In this document: piece by piece, positions 21,296-28,738 of the stretch
Layout: every line of letters starts with the position of its first letter
Numbering within the stretch: position 1 is the stretch's first letter
The notes under the pieces: model-generated
Databases searched by the model: none
What the model was told of the DNA's origin: nothing
The model's input: the letters and a program-made list of their open reading frames with translations, nothing else
From: Chiloscyllium plagiosum
Taxonomy: Eukaryota
Assembly (NCBI RefSeq): GCF_004010195.1
Contig: NC_057720.1
Coordinates: 18,663,887 to 18,692,624, forward strand
DNA: 28,738 nt
Reading direction: 5' to 3'
Translations under genes and position numbers: made by a program

Positions 21296-21983
21296 TTTGA
21301 GAAATTTGTAGCTCAGGTTCTGCATTTGGGATTGGTCGCTGAGCTGGAAGGTTCATTTTTTCAGACGTCTCGTCACCATACTAGGTAACATCTTCAGTAA
21401 GCCTCAGGACAAAGCACTGCTGGTGTTTCCTGCTTTCTGTTTATATGTTTGAGTTTCCGTGAGTTGGTGACGTCATTTCCTGTTCTTTTTCTCAGGGTGT
21501 GGAAAATGGGATCCAAGTCAATGTTTTTGTTTGATAGAGTTCCGGTTGGAATGCCATGCTTCTAGGAATTCTCATGCATGTCTCTGTTTGGCTTGTCCTA
21601 GAATGGTTGTGTTGTCCCAGTCGAAGTGGTGTCCTTCCTTAACTGTATGTAAGGATACTAATGAGAGCGGGTCATGTTGTTTTGTGGCAAACCAAACAAA
21701 CACACGCACGAGAATTCCTAGATGCATTGCATTCCAACTGGAACTCTATCAACAAACACATTGACTTGGATCCCATTTATCATCCCCTGAGGAAAAGAAC
21801 AGGAAATGACATCGCCATAGGAAATGACATCACCAGCTCAAGGAAACCCAAGCTTATAAATAGAAATCAGGGAACACCAACAGTGCTTTGTCCGGAGGCT
21901 CACAGAAGATGTTACCTGGTATGGTGATGAAACGTCTGAAAAATGAACCTTCCAGCTCAGCGACCAAACCTACATCCAGCATT
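21296..21983. mobile_element. Penelope-like 3' end with inverted duplication (third family)
   Basis: Arms at about 21332-21594 and 21689-21967. Minus strand encodes a GIY-YIG C-terminus-like HDPLSLVSLHTVKEGHHFDWDNTTILGQAKQRHA*EFLEAWHS. Each arm has a hammerhead-like motif. Confidence 0.82.
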
Positions 21984-22720
21984 CCAGCTGTACGGATTAA
22001 ATAACTGTAATCAGCCCTCTTGTGTTCAGGTCTGCGTTTGTCAAATGAGACAGGTGTAGTGTAATTATATGTGGTTGGAGCCATTGCTAAAAGTACATAG
22101 TTTTACTTAGCCTTCACTCCATATTAAGTTGTAGCCACCTAGATTATTTGAAAATAAGCAAAATGACAACAGGGTCTTGCAGATTACATATGGTTCACAT
22201 GTCATTGGAAAGCAAACTCTATCTCTAGACTCCCACCTTCCATACAATGTACTCTAAGTTCTGAAAATATCACTCATCTGGCAAAGTGGCTACACGAAAG
22301 TGTGATTATGCTGTATATGGATACCAGGAGATCCATTCTCCAGCTTTAGAATTGATTTAGAATTTTGGCCTTTGCCGAAAGTCATTACATACCCTGCATA
22401 GTCTGCCTGAGTTGATTGTTCAATATTGTAAACTTGAATAGCTGCAGTTGGTTGATTAGGAAGTAGAAAAAAAGATGACAAAGGCATCTAGGGAACTATT
22501 AAGTCGATGCTTAGTCGATAAAAGCAAAATTTTGAGCCAAAGTACTTTTTGATTTCTTAATCTTGAATCAGAATTTGTATTTGATTTTCTGACTTCACGT
22601 TCAGAGCTAAGCAGTAATTATGTCCTAATTTTGTTCTGAATCTCTCTCTCGTTTGGGGGTAACATGTCCAGGTTGCTTCTTGACTGTTAAATCAATTCTA
22701 ACATCCCATTGTATGAATAG

Positions 22721-22864
22721 GTGGAGACTTTGGATGGAAAACTACAGCTTATACAAGAAGAGTTGCGTGAAAAAGACTTTAAACTACTACAAAAGGAGCA
22801 ACAAATAAATCAGCTGAAAAGTGAAGTTGAAGGAAAGGATGTGCAGATTGATAAATATGAGCAG
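22721..22864 (+). CDS. CCDC18: Internal coding exon of CCDC18
   Basis: AG at 22719-22720, CAG|GTAAAT donor. 48 codons VETLDGKLQLIQEELREKDFKLLQKEQQINQLKSEVEGKDVQIDKYEQ, heptad-rich, phase 0-0. Confidence 0.88.
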
Positions 22865-23496
22865 GTAAATATAACCAATAATACTTCAGTAACAGAAATT
22901 TATACAGGTAACAGCACTTGTAACTTATGCAAAATATCCCAAGGCACTTCTGTAACATGAGAAAAGCAGATACAAAGTGCCATTACAGTTGAAGGAAAGC
23001 TGGTTTGAAATGAGGAGTCTGAGGTGGAAACACAAAAGAGTTTGGGAAAAGGAAAGCAGAGGGATAGAAACGAAGTGTCTGAAAGCACAGTTGCCAGCGG
23101 TGGTGCGAAAGGGACTGGGCACTGTACCAGCTGCTGAACCTAGAGAAGTGAGGAGCTTGGAAGGAGAACATGTGAGAAAGCATGGCTTGTTTGAGTTGGT
23201 TACTTGAAGTTGGTGTTAACATGGATGAACAGAAAGACCACAAATTTTAAATTTGAGGTGGTGGGGAACTGGAAAGGTGTTTGGTACATAATAGGTTATA
23301 AACATTGGAGTTGGAGATGAATGTCAAAGAATGGAAAACCAGTAAAAAAAAAAGCATTGGAATGTGGAGTGATGCGGCATGTTATTTAAAAATTTTATGT
23401 TTGCTCTCTTCATTCAGTTTTGGTGGGAAGGCGAGATAATTTAATGCAGGTTCATTTTGAATCATTGCTCTATATTCATAATGCTGTTAAATAATG

Positions 23497-23655
23497 TGGC
23501 TGGACAGTTCGTTTGTGAAACCGTGTCATGCCAACAGCATGGGTTCAATTCCCATTATCAGCTGTGATGACTATGGAAGACGCGCTTTCTCAACCTCTCC
23601 CCTCATCTGAGGTATGGTGGCCTTCAGGTTAAATCAGTCATCTCTCTCTAATAAG
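23497..23655 (+). mobile_element. Old tRNA-derived SINE (non-HE1 family)
   Basis: tggctggacag...gggttcaattccc (B box) followed by tctcaacctctcccctcatctgagg..cttcaggttaaa. Confidence 0.55.
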
Positions 23656-24152
23656 TGTCTCTCTAAATCGTTTGAAGTTTGAATTGTAAGTTGCAGACAG
23701 AAAGAACTTGTGAACACCTTCTGTCCTGTTTCAACTCCACAAAATAGGTGATAGTTATTCCCTGATTCATTGCTCAAATTTCACTGGTTTAAAATGTAAA
23801 CAAGACCTGAAAGTTAACTGCTTGCCAGTCATTGATCAGTGCATTCTCCTTAGTATAACGCTATCTTGTACAGTGTAAAATTTGGTACTTTCCTTGAATT
23901 AATATTCTTGCAAGTTGGACTAATGAGTACAAGATTTAAATCATCATCACATCGTGTCGTTTTTTTCATCAATACTCAAGCTCTGTACTAACAAGCAAAT
24001 ATTTGTACCTTCCTTTTATTGTGTTTTGTTGCAGAAAACCCATTATTTTTAATTTAAATATGTGAAACAGCTTTTTAATGTTTTCAGGATATTCTTGGGT
24101 GTGCTTCATAAATAATCTTTTCTGTTTATTGACTTGATTGATGTTTATCTAG

Positions 24153-24356
24153 ATGCTGAAAGATAAGGATCAGTGCATTGTGAAACAGCAAAAGGATGTA
24201 TTTGATGAAAGCCAACAAGTACGGATAGTCCATGAGCAAATGCAGCGCTGTCACCTGGAACTGAGGGAGTGTCAGCAACACCTAGCACAGACAAAAAGAG
24301 AGGTAGAACGTGTCTCTGTTGAGCTGGACGAAACTATTAGACTGTCTCAAGAAAAG
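24153..24356 (+). CDS. CCDC18: Internal coding exon of CCDC18
   Basis: tttatctAG acceptor, AAG|GTAAAT donor. 68 codons MLKDKDQCIVKQQKD...REVERVSVELDETIRLSQEK, phase 0-0, similar to recalled REIERLSSELEDMKQLSKEK. Confidence 0.88.
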
Positions 24357-24386
24357 GTAAATACTAACGGCAGCAGTTGAATAAAA

Positions 24387-25072
24387 TAGAATCATGGAAT
24401 TTTGCAGTACAGAAGGCCATTTGACTCATCATACCTATACTGGCTCCCGAAAGACATACACAATTAGTGCCAATCTCTAGCTCCACCTCCATAGCCCTCT
24501 AAATTTTGAAATATATATCCAGTTCTCTTCTGCAGTCTCATATGGAATCCACTGCCATGCAGTAGATTCCACGTCTTAACAACTGAATAAAGAAGTTTCT
24601 TCTCATCTCACCCCTAGCTGTCTTGCTGACCCCTCGTTATGACGTACCAACTAGTGGAAACAAAATAGCTTCCTTTACCCTGTCAAAATTGTTCATAATT
24701 TTGAACAACTAAGGGAGATCACCTGTTAATCTTCTCTGCTCCAATGAGAATAAACCCAACTTCTCTAATCTTTACTTGTATCTAAAATTCCTCATTTCTG
24801 ATATCATTCCAGTAAATCTCCTTTGAACTCTCTCCACAGCTTTAATATCCTTCCTTTAAATAAGGTGGCCAGAACTGAACACAATACTCCAAATATGGTG
24901 TAACCAATGATTTATAAAGTTGTAGCATGACTTCCTTTTATACTCTCTGCCTTGATTTATAAAGCAGAGGATTCTATAAGCCTTCTTTACAACTCTTCCA
25001 ACTTGCCTAGCCACCTTCAGAGAATTTTGTACATGAACCTTGAAGTCCCACTGCTCCTGTACTCCCCTCAAA
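24387..25072 (-). mobile_element. Decayed CR1-type LINE 3' end
   Basis: Minus-strand VHVQNSLKVARQVGRVVKKAYRILCFINQGREYK plus downstream CR1 motifs. Confidence 0.8.
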
Positions 25073-25089
25073 GATGTGACAGCAATATG

Positions 25090-26370
25090 GAGTCATAAAG
25101 CATGGAAACAGACCCTTTGGTCCAATACATCTGTGTCAACCAGGTTTCCCAAACTTAACTAGTCCTATTTGCCTTTGTTTGGTCGATATCCCTCTAAACC
25201 TTTCCTATTCGTGTGCTTTCTGTGGTAGCGAATTCTACAGGCTGACCACACGCTCTAAGTGAAGAAATCTCTCCTTTTTAAGTCCTAATAGTTTACTCCA
25301 TGCCCATAGACGTGATCCCTCGTTCTAGATTCTCCTGCAGTTTCAAACACCATTCTGGCATCTACTTTGTCTGGTTCTTTTTTAATTGTATCAGTCTATA
25401 TGAAAACCTCTCCAGCACTCTTTTGAATTCAAATGAATATAATTCTCTCCTCAAGTGTCAATCCTGCCATCATAATAATCAGTTTGGTAAACCGTTGCTG
25501 CACTCTCTCTACAGAAAGAACATTTTTCCTCCAATAAGGAGACCAAAACTGCACACAATAAACCAGGTGTGGACTCACCAAGGTCCAGTATAATTGCAAC
25601 AAGACTTTCCTGCTCCTTTACTCTCATCCTTTTGCTATGAAGACCAACATGCCATTTAGCATCTTTACTGCTTGCATTGCTTACCTTCAGTGACTGGTGA
25701 CTGAGGACATCCAGGTCGTGTTACATATTTCACCCTCTCAATTTATAACCATTCAAATAATAATCTGCCTCCCCCTTATGTTTGTCCCTATTATGCTGCA
25801 TCTGCTATGCATTTGGCCACTTACACAGCTTGTCCAAATCGCACTGAAGCCTGCCTGCATCCTTCTCACAGCTCAACCTCCTACCCTGGTTTGTGTCATC
25901 AGCAAGTTTCAAGATATTACGTGTAGTCCCTCATCAAAATCGTTAACATACATTGTGAATAGTTGAGGTCCTATCATTGATCCCTGCGGTATCCCACTTG
26001 TTTCTGCCTGCCATTTTTGGAAAAAGACCCATTTATTCCTACTCATTGTTTCCTGTTTTCAATCCATCTCAATACACTACCCCCAATCCCATGTGCTTTA
26101 ATTTTACACACTACTCACACTTATGTGGGACTTTGTCAAAAGCCTTCTGAAAGCCAAAATCTATCTGATCCTGCTACTGGTTTCCAAATACTGAACTTTT
26201 TTTTAATATATTGGACTCTAGCACTTTCTCCACTACCAATGTCAGGCTGGCTGGTCTGTAGTCCCTGGTTTTCTCTCTGCTTCCCATTTTAAACAAATGG
26301 ATTACATTAGCTGCCCTCCAATCTGTAGGAATTGCTCCAGAGTCTATAGAATTTTGCATGATGACCACCA
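25090..26370 (-). mobile_element. Decayed CR1-type LINE fragments
   Basis: Minus-strand PTDWRAANVIHLFKMGSREKTRDYRPASLTLVV, GIPQGSMIGPQLFTMYVND, and a 3' UTR at the left end. Confidence 0.8.
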
Positions 26371-27299
26371 GTTATCAGAGTTGATGACAATACTACACAA
26401 ATCAGAACCCACTCTGATAGGGCATATGTTGTTTACTTTTGTTTACCAAGTAAGTCAGCCACTGAACATGTTGGCAAGAGGCCTACAGTGTACCTTTAGT
26501 AGAAGAACATAAAAATTAATTTCACAAAAGAAAAATGTCTCAAACTATTGGAATGATCTCATTGCAAAAATCAGCAAGTAATATTAATTTCTTTTATCCC
26601 AGCAATACCCTTACAGATACTCAGAATCAGTGAAGAATCATCGTATTTCCACACTAAAGGTCTTTGCTTCGCTGAAACAGCTGTAATGTGTTTTGTTTTG
26701 ACAAACCTCTGAGCATTCACTGGATGTTATTTTCTTCAGTTTATGTTTCTGCCCTGAAAAGAAACTGCTAATTCAGCTCACTATTTAACATTGGTTCCCT
26801 AAATCAGCCAATGTTGTCTTCCCCTCTGACACCCCAACAGCCTTCCATTTCTGAATCTTTCATTCTCACTGACCTCCAGTTTCTACCAGCCTGGACTGAT
26901 TAGGGATTCCAAGTGATAGCACCTCTTCTTGGGAATATTCCAATGGGTAATTCCCCTGAACCCTCTGGAAAAGCTTTCAACATCAGAAAATTCAGAGTAC
27001 TGCTTCCTTCACGTTCATAGTTACTTAGGAAAAGTTAGTCAGTTAAAACCTAGTCTAACTGTCAAAGTGTCGGGCTGTATTGGTGCACATTTACATTTCT
27101 GAACACAGCAGTTGACTGCTGTAAAAGGGGTTTGACCTCCCCACAAAAAAACACTCCTGCATTACAGGACACTGTGTTGATTTATACAGTGCTCCCTAAA
27201 TTATGCTGATATTGGAATTCCTAGCTATGAAACAGAATTCTATACTAAGGTTAAAAATCTGAGCAGGATTGCCACTCAACATATTCGGATCAGTGTTCT

Positions 27300-28070
27300 A
27301 GAAAGGTTCATTGTAATTTCTTTGCTTTATAATCTATGCTTTACAAAGTTCAGGATCTGTTGAGCTGTTCTGAACACTTGCACAGTTGTACTATCTTCAG
27401 CAGCTTTGTGCATATATACCCCTGTTTCTGTACTGTTTAATTTATACCACATTTATACCATTTTGCACTTAGCAGCATAAAATTTTACCAGTCTGTCTGT
27501 ATCCTTTTGAAACTATTCCTATCCTCATAAAATTACACTTCCAAGTTCTGCAATATCTACAGACTTTGAAATTGTGTCTATATATCTAAATCTAAGTCAC
27601 TAATGTGTATCAAGAAAAGCAGTGCTCCTGACACCTAGTCATGAGAATACCTCCCTCCAGTCTGAGAAATAAAAACATTCACCACTTATATTTCCTTACT
27701 CTTACTCCATATGCATGCTGACCAGTCTCTCCCATCCCATGGGCTTTAACTTTGCTGGCAAGCCTTTCGTATAGCACTTTTGGAACTCCACATACATCAC
27801 ATAAATTGCTCTACCTTCATTAACACCTCATCAAAAACTCAATCAGTTTATTTATTTTCAATAAATATACACCGACTTTCCTTAATTAATCAGTATTTAT
27901 CCAGGTAACTGTTAATTTTGTCCAAGTGTATCTTTCCGAAAGGCTTTCTCCCCACTGATGTTAAACTGGCATAGTGTTGCTGAACTATCCTTGTGCTCCA
28001 CTTTTGAACATGTGTGACCTGTCCAGTTTTCTAATACTGTGGCACCATATTCATATTTAAAGAGGGAGAC
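27300..28070 (-). mobile_element. Highly decayed CR1-like LINE remnant
   Basis: Scattered reverse-complement similarity to CR1 RT segments. Confidence 0.4.
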
Positions 28071-28246
28071 TTGAAATTATAGTCATTTTGACCACTGTTG
28101 CCACATTTACTTTCCTATCTGACTCTTGTGCCATTCTAGTATCTTCTCTTTGTCAGTATCGTAATTTGTAACTCTTTTACTAACTTTGGTAGCACAGTTT
28201 CGTTTGACGAACGCATATCATTTATATCTCATTGCATTGCCCATAG

Positions 28247-28384
28247 GAAGCCTGTGCTGCTCATCTTGCAGCAGAACTGGGAGCTGCTCAAGCTCGGGAG
28301 ACCCAACTAGAAAACAGGATGCAGGCAGAGACAAAGAAGTTAAAAGAATTTATTAAACATTTGAATAATACTCATCAGAGAGAA
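28247..28384 (+). CDS. CCDC18: Internal coding exon of CCDC18 (not in the ORF track)
   Basis: catAG acceptor, GAA|GTAAGA donor. 46 codons EACAAHLAAELGAAQARETQLENRMQAETKKLKEFIKHLNNTHQRE, similar to recalled HLAEELGASKVREAHLEARMQAEIKKL. Confidence 0.88.
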
Positions 28385-28561
28385 GTAAGATATAGTTGAT
28401 TTAATGAGAAATGTTTGGAAACTTGTAACTTGTGATGATACTCCTATCAATTAAATAACCTTATTAAATATACAACAAACCAAGAGATGTGTATCTGCCT
28501 TTAGATCATGTTGATTCAATTATGTTTTGAAATGTATTTTCTGATAGAGACACATCAGACA

Positions 28562-28738
28562 TTCTCTCACTCTCCAACTCTCTTTCACTCTCACACTCTC
28601 TCTCTCTGACAGTCTCTCTCTCACACATTCTCTCTCTCATACACTCACTTTTTCTCACTCAATTACTCTCTCTCACTCTCTCTCACTCTCTCACAGTCTC
28701 TCTCTCACTCTGTCTCTCTCTCACTGTCTCTCACTCAC
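28562..28738 (+). repeat. Imperfect (CT)n/(CA)n microsatellite
   Basis: ctctctcactctc-type units running to the window end. Confidence 0.9.

Noticed and set aside
22977..23207. Purine-rich 76-aa ORF as an extra exon
   Set aside because: The flanking exons already join in frame and follow the recalled CCDC18 order; no coiled-coil pattern or convincing splice sites.
1..28738. CRISPR array or prokaryotic operon
   Set aside because: No regularly spaced repeats or dense ORFs; the content is vertebrate intronic DNA.

Overview
Eukaryotic, repeat-dense genomic DNA, almost certainly from an elasmobranch (shark), judged by HE1-type SINEs, CR1/HER1-type LINEs and a Deu-domain SINE. Five GT-AG-bounded, in-frame coiled-coil exons on the + strand (7231-7330, 9174-9290, 22721-22864, 24153-24356, 28247-28384) match the C-terminal half of vertebrate CCDC18 as I recall it; the rest is intron. 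The introns contain decayed CR1 LINEs, a Rex1/Babar-like fragment, tRNA-derived SINEs, two related solo LTRs in opposite orientation (each TG..CA with a 4-bp TSD), a Deu-SINE head running into a LINE endonuclease, and several Penelope-like (GIY-YIG) insertions. The most striking structure is a set of minimal type-I hammerhead ribozyme motifs (CUGANGA-stem II-GAAA-NN-UH) from at least three Penelope-related families. Several sit in fold-back mini-elements with one hammerhead on each strand (2420-2625, 14146-14367, 21296-21983), and a young GIY-YIG copy has a fully intact motif (10837-11920). Family names come from my recognition of the sequence, not from a database search.
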